From Octopus sinensis (taxonomy: Eukaryota), in assembly GCF_006345805.1 (NCBI RefSeq), contig NC_043006.1, positions 54,622,001 to 54,686,000 of the forward strand: a stretch of DNA of 64,000 bases, in the 5' to 3' direction. Positions 36,701 through 47,408 of this stretch are shown here, in pieces (position 1 is the stretch's first letter; every line of letters starts with the position of its first letter). Made by a program: the position numbers and the translations under genes. The notes under the pieces were generated by a model, which worked only from the letters and a program-made list of their open reading frames with translations, was not told the origin of the DNA and did not search any database.

Positions 36701-39061
36701 AGGGACAAACAGATTTCCCCCAACCAAATCCACACAGAAGGCTTAATTTACATTTCTTCCTTTTCTCCATGCATGTTGCAATATTTCGGCTCTTCGGTCG
36801 TTAAAGATACCCACATGGCTTTTTCGACGTGGATCTCGTTATATTCTTGGAAATTTACGGATTGTACACACAGAAATGAAGCAGGTAAGAACAAATATGG
36901 GCAATCTTTCGGAATACATCTCAGAGCTATCATTAACTTCGTCATTTTCGGTGAGCACGTCGTCTTGTCAATTGTAAACATTCGTGTGCGTGCTCGTTCT
37001 GTTTGACGTGTTGAAGTGGAAGAGGAAGCTAATGGGTAAAAGTACTATTTAAGATGAGCGGTCCCGGTGCGCGCACTCGCGCTAGCTAGTTGATCCCTAC
37101 TTTGTGTTTTATTTACTGACTAGTCACTACTAGCCAGCGCGGATGTGCGCACCGGGACCACTCTTCTTAAATAGTACGTGTATGTGCGAGCGTGTTCTGC
37201 TTTTATGTATTTATGTGTGTGGAGAAAGCTAATGAGCGTACATGTATGTGGAATGTAGATATAATAAAAACAGTTTCGCATTTTAAACTTGAAAAAGTCG
37301 GGGAAATCACATTCCGGTTCATTCCTCAGAATCGAACAATTACGATAATGATACAAGGGACGTAACTCTTAAAACACTAAGGAAGATAATATCGCCAAGA
37401 AAAATGACACATCAAAATGTTAGAATTCAAGAGAATTTGTATTAAAATTTTGAAAACGTGTTTGTAGCATGTCAGGTTTTCTATTTAGATACTTTTTGCG
37501 TCTGTTATTTTATAATTCTACACATGCGTGAAACATTAGTAGAGTAAACACTTTTAATTTCACTTCTTGCCATGTGTGAACCAGTCGAATAATCAGAACG
37601 TTGGAATTCTGAGATTTTTCTTTTCAACAGTTCAGCATTTTCTGTACCAAAGTTTTGACTCCACTCACAGGTTTTTACCATGAGTCGCAACACCCTTTGG
37701 AAAACAATCACGAGGAAACAAAAGCGGCAGTACACCGCTTGTGCTATATATCTAATCAACCTAATTTTTTATTTTAACGTCCACTTTTCATGCCATATTG
37801 TTTTACGGCTAGATGCCCTCGCCAATCCTCACCCGTTCCCAATTTAGGTATTTTCGGTCTACCATATTTTCTCATTCAAGTTTGGAAACAGAGGGTACCA
37901 CTCCCATGACGTTGACTCCCACCCCAACATTTTAAGGTCGACCTGAAACTACAGTGAAAGACACTCGCAGCAGGTGTCACGCAGTAGGACTGAAACAAAA
38001 ACTACACAGCCATAGTTAAAACTAATTTTCTATCTTCTCATAGCAGTGAATGTTTTGCTTTGAAGAATAACGATACTTCATGACACAAAACTCATCTAAA
38101 AATATGCAAACTTGTCTCCCGCGTGTTTTGAATTCAGGCCTGTCCCATTCGTATGTGATCGAAGACCTTATTTTCCAACATAAAAGATATCTAGTACTAC
38201 TTTATACAAGTTTTATTTGTATTTAAAACGGTAGTGTGATTTGGATACTATTTTTAGTAGATCTAGAAATCACACTTACAGGTCTCGGGGTGTAACATCA
38301 TATTTTGATATCTATTCAGTCGCCTTACACATGAAATAAACGTTTCGACTGTAGGCACAAGACCTGAAATTTGGGGGGGGGGGGCATTCGATTACATCGA
38401 CTCCAGTGCGAAACTGGTACTTGATTTATCAACTCCAGTGGCATTTGAACTCAGAACGTAAAGACAGACGAAATACCTATTTCTTTACTACCCACAAGGG
38501 ACAAACAAACGGATTAAGTCCGATTATATCGACCCCGAAAGGATGAAAGGCAAAATCGATCTCGGCGGAATTTGAACTGAGAACGTAGCGGCAGGCGAAA
38601 TACCGCTAAGCATTTCGCCCGGCGTGCTAACGTTTCTGCGAGCTCGCCGAAGAATGAAATAAGTGTAACATAAAAACATAAACACGAATAAAAAATGCAA
38701 ATCTTCGTTTCTACATGAATGACAAAATTTCCAGCGGAAAATAAATAGGATGTGGTAACTTTTATGCTAGTTACAAATAGGAAGTTAACGAGCTTATGAA
38801 AAGCCTTAGCGATTTCGTTTAGGGGACCTTAAATTTAGCATTGTAAATGAAAGGAAACTAAGCCGAAAACGTAGTACAAATTTCTCCCGTGTATAATAGA
38901 GGACTATTACAAGATAAACACCACAGAGGTACGTAATAAAGTAGACAAAAATAATTTCAAAATACAATTTAGAAAAAGAAAACGTGTAAACCACGTGTGT
39001 AAGTAACATACCATTTCCTTGGGATATACATATCCACGAATTCACCTGCTTCGTTCTGCAT
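30763..39061 (-). CDS. RPS21: 40S ribosomal protein S21 (eS21), complete, 83 aa. Coding exons 39012-39061, 35660-35723, 32145-32216, 31625-31680, 30763-30772
   Basis: Exons of 50+64+72+56+10 = 252 nt, all GT-AG, give [83 protein letters not shown]. Confidence 0.99.
31906..32035 (-). ncRNA. Box H/ACA snoRNA, family A copy 1 (RPS21 intron 4); predicted guide for 18S Psi1238 and Psi36 (human numbering)
   Basis: Hairpin 1 (CCAAAGTT/AACTTTGG), H box AGATAA (31969-31974), hairpin 2 (AGAGG/CCTCT), ACA 3 nt from the end. Both pockets are complementary to conserved 18S sequence, with 14-nt spacing to the boxes. Confidence 0.9.
32348..32479 (-). ncRNA. Box H/ACA snoRNA, family A copy 2 (RPS21 intron 3)
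   Basis: Paralog of 31906-32035. Guide elements GTCAAATT/GCC and CTTT/GACAAGCA are identical, the H box is ATATAA (32413-32418), the ACA box is present and the upper stems diverge but still pair. Confidence 0.9.
33940..34010 (+). mobile_element. Possible Gypsy integrase C-terminal relic
   Basis: VKTISVDRLKKAFIE resembles the (D)TVSIDRLKPA motif; only one short motif. Confidence 0.35.
34490..34860 (+). mobile_element. RTE LINE endonuclease fragment in RPS21 intron 3 (antisense to the gene)
   Basis: LRVG.LKGRSGEIVEMLEQRHVDLCSTQE...GGMSILLVEKWVDKVIEVVRVCDRILKLRL...AYVLQPGL. Confidence 0.85.
35803..35994. repeat. Foldback hairpin P1 (long imperfect inverted repeat) in RPS21 intron 2
   Basis: ttggtagaacttaagagttgtct..gctagctagttgtgactagtcga pairs with tcgactagtcatgactagctagc..agaccactcttcttaagtactaccaa around an AT-rich loop. 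Confidence 0.85.
36090..36217 (-). ncRNA. SNORA13: Box H/ACA snoRNA, SNORA13/snR35-like, copy 1 (RPS21 intron 2); guide for 18S Psi1248
   Basis: Stem CCAAAG/CTTTGG; pocket GTGTT and GTCAAA complementary to 18S UUUGAC-U-C-AACAC; 14 nt to H box ATATAA (36155-36160); second hairpin then ACA+3. Confidence 0.88.
36520..36740 (-). mobile_element. 3' half of the OR-type SINE in RPS21 intron 2
   Basis: cttttacttgtttcagtcattt..cggccatgctggagcac..ctttagtcga. Confidence 0.75.
37042..37177. repeat. Foldback hairpin P2, paralogous to P1
   Basis: gtactatttaagatgagcggtcccggtgcgcgcactcgcgctagctagt pairs with actagccagcgcggatgtgcgcaccgggaccactcttcttaaatagtac (~48-bp arms). Confidence 0.85.
37570..37702 (-). 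ncRNA. SNORA13: Box H/ACA snoRNA, SNORA13-like, copy 2 (RPS21 intron 2)
   Basis: Hairpin 1 is identical to copy 1. H box ACAGAA (37640-37645). Hairpin 2 shows compensatory changes (CGAAC/GTTTG vs TGAAC/GTTCA). ACA+3 present. Confidence 0.88.
38350..38648 (-). mobile_element. Two nested or tandem OK-type SINE copies
   Basis: Two SINE cores joined at gaaatacc|tatttctttactacccacaag; head cggcgagctcgcagaaacg at about 38648. Confidence 0.75.
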
Positions 39062-39190
39062 AATCCTTTCTTTGTTCTAAGAAAATCTTCTGCAACAGTA
39101 AAGAAACAAAATGCGAGACTTAGCAAATCATTGTACATTTAAAACCTCAGAAATTCCATTTTTAATTTTAAGAAGAATCACACAACTTAC

Positions 39191-39222
39191 AGTTAAAATG
39201 GACGACCGTGAAAAGGAAGAGG
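39191..39222 (-). promoter_or_regulatory. RPS21: RPS21 non-coding exon 1 with TCT initiator / 5'TOP tract
   Basis: The minus strand reads ttcCTCTTCCTTTTCACGGTCGTCCATTTTAACT|gtaagt. A ~100-nt intron leads to an acceptor (gttgcag) at 39090. A pyrimidine-tract start is typical of ribosomal protein mRNAs. Confidence 0.85.
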
Positions 39223-39622
39223 AACACGAGATTTCGGGTAAATTATAACGAGAATCACGTTGATCTCTCGTTCAGTATTTTTTTTACGGAGGGAAATAAA
39301 AATAATTTTAAAAGGCTTTCTTTCATAAATGTAATTTTAATTGTTAAAATAACTATTATTTCTAAATATGAATTAACTTAACAATTAAATACATATATTT
39401 ATTTTATGAAATTGAAAAAAATTCACACATCTGTAAGAGTGCAGACGCACACCTCTTCCTGTAATACCGCAGAAGACGGAGATCCTATCATCTCGTTCCT
39501 TTCTAATCCTTCTAAATCTAAATCTGTTCAATACCATGTTTTCGCACTAATTATCAACCACTATTCTCGGTTGAGGATTTGTAATACAAACGAATAATCT
39601 CAGTCGTTAGTCACAGAACAAG

Positions 39623-40227
39623 ATGATTGCTTTTGGAAAAAGAATTTTAGCTGTTAAAAATGACGATGTTGATGCTATGGTTAAACATATTAATATGCGA
39701 TTGCTTAACAAAATAGAACATAGATTAAGAACATACAATTCTATAGATCAAATAGTTGATACAAACGAAGCAGCAGATTTTCCGGTTGAGTTCTTAAATT
39801 CATTAGAAATATTGGAATTTCCACCACATGAATTGTATTTGAAGAAAGGCGCTCCAATTATTCTTTTGAGAAATTTACAAACCCCAAAGTTATGCAGTGG
39901 AATAAGATTAATAGTGGAATCCCGTACAAATAATGTACCTGAAGCAAAAATACTAAATGAAAAGTACAAAAATGAATTAGCATTATTACCAAGGGTTAAA
40001 TTAATTGCAGAGGATCCAGTGATTACAATTTTCTGTTAAATTATCCTTTGCTATGACAATAAATAAATCACAATGCCAAACATTAAAAAAAAGTTGGTAT
40101 CAATCTTAAAAATGAAGTATTTTTCATGGAAAACTATATGTATCACTTTCGAGCTTAGGAGATCCCAATGATCTGTTATTACACAAAAGACGAAAAAGTT
40201 GAAAATGTTTATAATACAGTTCTTTAG
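39623..40227 (+). mobile_element. Helitron PIF1-helicase C-terminal fragment, frameshifted, ~400 bp upstream of the RPS21 TSS
   Basis: FPVEFLNSLEILEFPPHELYLKKGAPIILLRNLQTPKLCSGIRLIV, then after a frameshift KLSFAMTINKSQCQTLKKVGI...GKLYVSLS. Confidence 0.9.
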
Positions 40228-41117
40228 ATTATAAAAATAAATCAATAAAACCAAAAATGAAAAAAAATTAAATAGCTGGACAACAAGGCGCAGTTCGATT
40301 TTTAAATAAGAAAAATTATATTAATGATGACATTTTATAAATATTATGAGTTGTATGAGAGGTTATTATTGTTAAATTAATTTATTATATTTTTTTCATT
40401 TAAATTGTTATTTATATTATGTACTTCTGTTAATAAAATATAATTTAGATCAATAAATGATAGGTCATTCTAGTTTTTAATAAAATGAAATGTTTCAGCT
40501 GCTAATTTTTGTTTCCACAAATTATGCTGGTATCTCTGGAAAATTTCATTTTATTAAAAAGATATTCATTTGACAAGTTCCAGGTGGAATACTCCTCAAA
40601 AGTATGTATTATTTAACACTACATTGCAAAAATGCATGAGGAAACAAAGTCGAGATGCATGAAATTATCTGCCCTTCTCCATTTTTTTCACCTTAAATTT
40701 CAGTGTAACCTTATTGTACACCATCTGAAAGGTGTTTGTAGAAAATGAAAAACCAATTTTTCTGAAAGTTATGAGGTGCAGTCAAGGCTGTGGTAAGTTT
40801 GCTTCCCAACTACATGCTTCCAGGTTTAGTTCCTCTGTGTGATATGTTGGACATGTTTTCTATAGCCTCCAACCAACCAAATTTGTGTCAGTGGATTTGG
40901 TTGATGGAAACTGAAAGGAGGCTGTCGTGTTTGTGCCCCACCACTGCTTGACAACTGTTGGTGTGTTTATACCCTTGTAACAATGGTTTGGCAAAAGAGA
41001 CCGGCAGAATAAGTAAAAAGATAAGTACTGGAACCAATTTGTTCAACTAATTCTTCAATGTGGTGCCCCAGCATGGCTTTAGCCTTTTGACTGAAGCAAG
41101 TACAAAGATAAAGAAAA

Positions 41118-42290
41118 GAGTGGCTGTGTGGTAAGTAGTTTACTTATCAACCACATGGTTCTGGATTCAGTCCCACTGCGTGACACCTTGGGCAAGTGTC
41201 TTCTACTATAGCCTCGGGCCGAATAAAACCTTGTGAGTGGATTTGGTTGATGGAAACTGAAAGGTGGTGAGCTGGCAGAAATGTTAGCACTCCAAGCGAA
41301 ATGTTTAGTGGTATTTCGTCTGCCGTTACGTTTTGAGTTCAAATTCCACCGAGGTCAACTTTGCCTTTCATCCTTTCAGGGTCGATAAATTAAGTACCAG
41401 TTACGCACTGGGGTCGATGTAATCGACTTAATCCCTTTGTCTGTCCTTGTTTGTTCCCTTTATGTTTAGCCCCTTGTGGGCAATAAAAAAATAGGAAACT
41501 GAAAGAAGCCCGTCTATATATATATATACAGGGTCAGGCAAAATGATCTGACACATTTGTAGGTTAAATAAAAGGCATTGTTTTTCATTTCTTTTTCAGT
41601 TGCTGCCATGAATTGGACTGGTGAGCATCGCGCTTTCATTGTGGAAACATTTATCAAAACAAACGATTCTGTAACTGCAACACAAAGAGCGTTCCATTTG
41701 CACTTCAATCTTGGTAGACATGATCCTGTACCAGCTCGAAACACGATCTTGTTATGGGTTACCAACTTCAGAGTTACTGGATCTGCATTGAAACGAAAAT
41801 CAACCGGCCGACCTCGCACCGCCAGAAATTCGTCAAGAAATTACTGCTATTCCACATGAAATGACCCGCCAAGTTATTGACAACTTTTGTGAACGCCTTT
41901 GACAGTGTGTGTGGACAATAATGGATCCCATTTGACTGATTTAATTTTTAAAATATAATGAAACAAAATGGCATTATATGTACTTTTCAAAAATAAAAAC
42001 ACTTTTTTGTTTCTTTACTTCATTTGCCTTTTATTTAACCTACAAATGTGTCAGATCATTTTGCCTGACCCTGTATATGTACATGTGTGTATATGTTTGT
42101 GTGTCTATGTTTGTCCCCCCCTCCAACATTGCTTGACAACCGATGCTGGTGTGTTTATGTCCCTGTAACTTAGCGATAGAATAAGTACTAGGCTTACAAA
42201 GAATAAGTCTTGGGGTTGATTTGCTCGACTAAAGGTGGTGCTCCAGCATGGCCACAGTCAAATACCTGAAACAAGTAAAAGAGTAAAGAG
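41118..42290 (+). mobile_element. OR-type SINE hosting an OK-type SINE (41262-41493) and a Tc1/mariner deletion derivative (41529-42073)
   Basis: Head gagtggctgtgtggtaag; tail cagtcaaatacctgaaacaagtaaaagag. The inner SINE is flanked by the 12-bp TSD GGAAACTGAAAG (41252-41263 and 41494-41505). Confidence 0.85.
41529..42073 (+). mobile_element. Non-autonomous Tc1/mariner (DUF4817-type N-terminus), internal deletion
   Basis: ~50-bp TIRs cagggtcaggcaaaatgatctgacacatttgtaggttaaataaaa, TA on both sides. ORF MNWTGEHRAFIVETFIKTNDSVTATQRAF...KSTGRPRTAR is fused to the C-terminal remnant. Confidence 0.92.
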
Positions 42291-44639
42291 CATGTGAATT
42301 ATCCAAAACTTATCTCAACACCTGATGAAATTCCTATAAAGTCATAATCTATACAATGTGAAACTTGTATAAAATTTCATTAAAATAACATCCCTTTTTC
42401 AGAAAGTTATGAGGAAACAAATTCAGGCAGGAGATACATTTGCATAGTTATACCTGCATGAAAATTAGGGGAAGGGGTTACATAGGCACCAGTGCTGAAC
42501 TGGAACTCATTTTATTGACCCCAAAGGAATGAAGGAAAAAGTTGACCTTGGTAGGATTTGGTCTCAGAAAGTAAAAAGTTGGAATAAATACCATAAAGTA
42601 TTTTGTTTGACAGTAATGTTTCAGTCAAGCCACAACTTTTACTAATGATAACACTAATAATGGTTTCTTGATTAGGCACAAAACCTACAATTTTAAAAGA
42701 TAGGGCTCTTTGTATAATTGATCCCAGTGCTTGACTGGTACTTTTTATTTCAGTGATGCCAGAGGGGTTGTCCTTGGTGGAATTTTAATTCAAACTGTAA
42801 GGAGCTGGAACAAATATTGCAAAGTATTTTTTTCCTAATGTTTTCACAATTCTGCCCACTGCCATAAAATAATTTCTAATTTAGGTATAAGGCCAACAAT
42901 TTTGAGGGGAGATCTTGAAAGGAATGGAAGGCAAAGTTGATCTCAGCAAGATTTTAATTCAGAATGATACCTTCATAATAATAATGCACCAGTGACATGT
43001 AAAAGGCACATGTACTCATGACACGTAAATGGGCACCAGTGTTGGTGATGTAAAAGACACCTAGTACACAGTAAAGTGCTTGATGTTAGGAGGAGCACCC
43101 AGCTGTAGAAACCAAATCAAAGCAAATGACAAGCCTGGTACAGCTCTGGTCAAACCGTCTACCCAGTGCCAGCATGGAAAATGGGTATTAAATGATAATA
43201 ATTTAAGGCTATGAATCAACATATAAGTAAGAGCTTGGTTGCAGTATAACTTGATTCACCAACTACTCATTATTGTTCTCAAGAATTATGAAATGTACCT
43301 TATTAATTTCTTGGTGAGTTCATTCCTGAAAAGGTCCGCACCTTGACCAAAAATCTATCTTCCATGTTCCCCCAGTTTTAATGCTCTAATTTTTGGTCCA
43401 TCCATTGAAAGGTTAGTTATTTTCTGACTTACATTATAAACAGAGCAGTCCATGGTTGCTGACAACCATGAATGTGCATAAATCTCAGAGGTTAGGCATT
43501 TCCTCTAGTCTCCTGAAATCTTTCTGAGATAATATTTTTATTTCTTTTTTTCTTTTTGTTTTATTTCTTGCAACCATCAGCCATTCTTCGTTGTCCCCCA
43601 TTTGGTCCCCATTATTGCAAGTGAATAGAATGGAACTTGTGGAATTATGGCTGGGATTAGAAGCTGGTTTGGTATTGTCCACTTCTAAGCCTGAAGATGG
43701 ATAAATCTCCTGTTATTTCTTGAGCTTCAACTCATAATTGCCAAAAAACAAAATTGTAACACAATAAAAAGATGAAAATTTTATACATCATTTGAATGCT
43801 AAAGGAACTTCTGCATCATCCTCTCCATGCACACACACATACACACATACAAATTAAAGTACAGCTGGTTTGATACTATTGTGTGGGATCACAAAGAAAA
43901 AGCTATGTTCTGAGGAAATCAGCTACCCCCTGGACACCAATGTGGTCAGAAAAATACAGCAGGAAGAAAACATCTATGGACTGTTGATAAGAATTTGCAA
44001 TGCCAGTATCCAAGGATGTGCACAATTTTGCCAGGAACAAAATATGGCTGGTCTTTGGTTCTTAAGGAGAGAATGTAACTCATTAATTCATATGCTATGA
44101 ATGGTCATGATATCTGGAACAATAAAAATCTGTAAGACCATAACATTTAAAGGATGATGTACAAAAGAAGATGCTTTTCTTCATAACCTTGCTACCAAGC
44201 AGGTGGCTTGTGAAAATTAACTTCAAGTTAAAAAGAGAAACAGAACAAACATACATGCATGTGCTCATGCATGCCTGCATGAACACATACATACATACAT
44301 AAACACACACACACATAGGTACAGTTGAAGATATTTTAACAATTCAAATGTGAAAAAAAATTATGTCATGAGTTGAAAAACTGATTAACTGAAATTATCT
44401 TAAAATTAGAAAACAAATAATTTCTTTCAGAGGTGTTTAAAGACGCCTCTAAAAACAACAAACAAGTTAATACGATAATAGTGGTTATCAACCCCCCACC
44501 AGTAGAGGTAACAACCTTAACAACTCTAACATGTTTGAATAACTGTAGGTTAAAAGCAAACTATTATGACGCCTGTTACCAAACGTTCATGGGAACCTTC
44601 TTTTCAGGTACTGAATAACATCCCTCCTTCTGTGTTATC

Positions 44640-45026
44640 TCCCATATCTCTTTCCCAGTTTTCAGAGTTGGCACTCTAAATGTGGGCACATTGAAAAGTA
44701 GGTCTAGCGAGATTGCAGAGATGCTTGAATGGAGATGTGTTGATGTATGTTGTGTACAAGAGGTATGATGGAGAGGAGCTTCAGCCAGAGTCCTCACAGG
44801 CAAAGCACATAGGTATAAATTCTTCTGGGAAGGTAATAGTGATGGAATAGGGGGTGTGGGCATACTTCTTGCTGAGAAATGGGTGGATAAGGTCATAGAG
44901 GTAGTGAGGGTGTGTGATAGGGTACTTAAACTCAGGCTAATCTTGCAGAATAAAAAGATGAAAATTTTATACAACACTTGAATGTTAAAGGAACTTCTGC
45001 ATCATCCTCTCCATGCACACACACAT

Positions 45027-45071
<45 letters not shown>

Positions 45072-45915
45072 TTAAAGTACAACTGGTCTGATACTAGCCA
45101 AAACCAAAGTCTTAGTAAGTAGGAAGGCTGTCAAATCACAACCCACTTCAGGTAGAAAAGGCGTGGGTAGAAACTGCATACAATGTACCCGGTGTAAGCA
45201 ATAGACACATAAAAGGTGCAGCAATATCAAAGGAAGGTTAATCAGGAAAATAGTTTTTGTCCATGGCAGATGCACTGGGGCAATAAACATTGAAGATATA
45301 GAGAAAACAGATTTCATCACATGCCAGGGGGAGAAACTAGAAATAGTTAATAACTTCTGCTACCTAAGCGACCAAGGCTGTAGTGGGGGCAGTTGCTCTG
45401 AGAGTGTAGAGACTAAAGTAAGAATAGCCTGGGCAAAGTTCAGGGAGCTGGCAACCCTAACCCTACCTCTGTTCTCAACTATGGGCCTCTCACTCAGAGT
45501 GAAAGGTAGACTGTATGATGCATGTGTATGAACTTCCATGCTAAACAGCAGTGAAACATGGGCCATGAATGCTGAGGACATGTGTAGGCTTGAAAGAAAT
45601 GAAGTTTGTATGATCCGCTGGATGTGCAATGTCAGTGTGCATACACAACAGAGTGTAAGCACCTTGAGAGAAAAGTTTGGCATAAATAGCATCAAATGTG
45701 GTGTGCAAGAGAGGCGACAGCACTGGTATGGTCATGTGTTACATATGAACGAAGACAGCTGTGTGAGAAAGTACCACTCCCTAACTGTAGAAGAGGTAGA
45801 CCAGGAAGACATGGGATGAGGTGGTGAAGCATGACCTTCGAACTATGGGCCTCACAGAGGCAATGACAGGAGACTGGGACCTTTGGAGATATGCTGTGAT
45901 TGAGAAGACCCCGCA
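44640..45915 (+). mobile_element. RTE LINE with the central RT region replaced by a short patch (EN 44640-44948; C-terminus and 3' end 45097-45915)
   Basis: FRVGTLNVGTLKSRSSEIAEML...WVDKVIEVVRVCDRVLKLRL, then KTKVL...CIQCTRCK.THKRC...NFCYLSDQ...KGRLYDAC...WYGHV. Confidence 0.9.
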
Positions 45916-46847
45916 ACTAAGGGGAGATTACAGCCATGCATGTCCATCCCTGATAGGAATACATCTGATGTGTTGGGCGATATGATATGCTTGAGAAGAC
46001 CTGTTGAGTCAAGTAAAAACCAATACCGTAGCTGGGTCCAGTGCCCCCTGACTGGCTCCCATGCTGGTGGCATGTAAAAAGCACCAACCGATCATGACTG
46101 ATGCCGGCACCCCTAGACAGGCTCCTATGCTGGAGGCACGTAAAAAGCACCATCCAAACGTGATCGTTCCCAGGCCTGCCTGACTGGCTCCTGTGCCAGT
46201 GACACATAAAAAGCACCCACTACACTCCCGGACTGGTTGGCGTTAGGCAGGGCATCCTGCTGTAGAAACTTTGCCAGATCAGATTGGAACCTGCGTCAGC
46301 CACTGTCTCTCCAGACCTCAGTCAAACCGTCCAACCCATGTCATCATAGAAAACAAACGTTAATCAATGATGATGATGATAATGAAAGATATTTTTAACA
46401 GTGAATTTCAGTCCTTCAACTTAATATATTATATGTATGAGACTCTACCTCATGTGTATTGAGCATGTAGATCACTCAACTGTGACATTTTCTCTCAGAC
46501 TTTCAGACTTCATCATCATCATCATCATCCTTTAAATGTCTGTTTTCCATGCTGGCATGTGTTGTATGGTTTGACCAGAGCTGGCAACCTGGAGAGCTGC
46601 ACCAGGTTCTAGTCCTATTTGGCTTGGTTTCTATGGCTGGATGCCCTTCTTATGCCAACTACTTTACAGTGTGTGCTGGGTGCTTTTAACATGGCACCAC
46701 ATGAGTGCTTTTATATGATACCAACACGAGTGCTTTTTATGTGGCAGTGGCACATGACACTTACAGATCAATCCTCTTCACCAAGAGGAGTAGCCTTAAC
46801 ACTTCTGCTGTGGAGGACAGGTCTTCTTGAGTAAAAAAAATATAACT

Positions 46848-47408
46848 AAGACTGTACCGACAACACTCTGCAAAGACATAGTGATCTTCTCAAATTCCAT
46901 TAAACAGGTGATCATGTGGAAACTGACAGTACTCTTAAAGGAACATATGGAGAAAGTGCACGAGTGGATGCTTGTTGGGCCAATAACGTCTGTCAAAACT
47001 TCCATGCATCCTGAAATTCACAATCGGTACACCCAATTTCCCCCCACCCCCATTTTTTCCATCGATGACATATTCACTGTTCACTTCCTATATATATTCT
47101 ATGTACTGTTCAAGCACTTTTGGTCACTTTTTCCGATCAGTTATAGTGCACCTGAGCACTGTATACAATAAGTTCATTATATCATATTTCAGTACCAGGC
47201 GCTTGTCGAGCAGTGCAAAAATCAGGGTTGGCAGACATGTTGTGAGACAATAGAAGTGAGCTGTCGAGGGTTTGTGGGGCATTCGCTTTGCAAAGCTCTG
47301 ACTGCGTTTGGAATTACTGGTGCAGCGAAGAGGAAGGCTATAAATTCCATCACTGAAGCTGCAGAGAACGTTACTAGGTGGCTTTGGATAAGGAGGGCAG
47401 ACTCGTAG
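46848..47408 (+). mobile_element. HERO-like (restriction-like endonuclease) non-LTR retrotransposon 3' fragment, split by a ~220-bp insertion
   Basis: TTLCKDIVIFSNSIKQVIMWKLTVLLKEHMEKVHE (46848-46967, decayed PD..ELTVPWE) and QYQALVEQCKNQGWQTCCETIEVSCRGFVGHSL...EAAENVTRWLWIRR* (47190-47408). Confidence 0.8.

Noticed and set aside
38245-38280. 10-bp stem AGTGTGATTT/AAATCACACT with an inner stem in intron 2
   Set aside because: The candidate H box is too far away and there is no second hairpin with ACA.
42330-42370. CTGATGA...GAAAC hammerhead-like pair
   Set aside because: Stems I and III cannot be formed.
43290-43700. Possible SGNH-esterase ORF1 relic of a LINE (minus strand)
   Set aside because: Only a vague resemblance (IFGQGADLFRN) across several stops.
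44430-44507. Plus-strand AG/GT-bounded segment VFKDASKNNKQVNTIIVVINPPPVE with an 8-bp hairpin
   Set aside because: No homology recognised and no partner exons.
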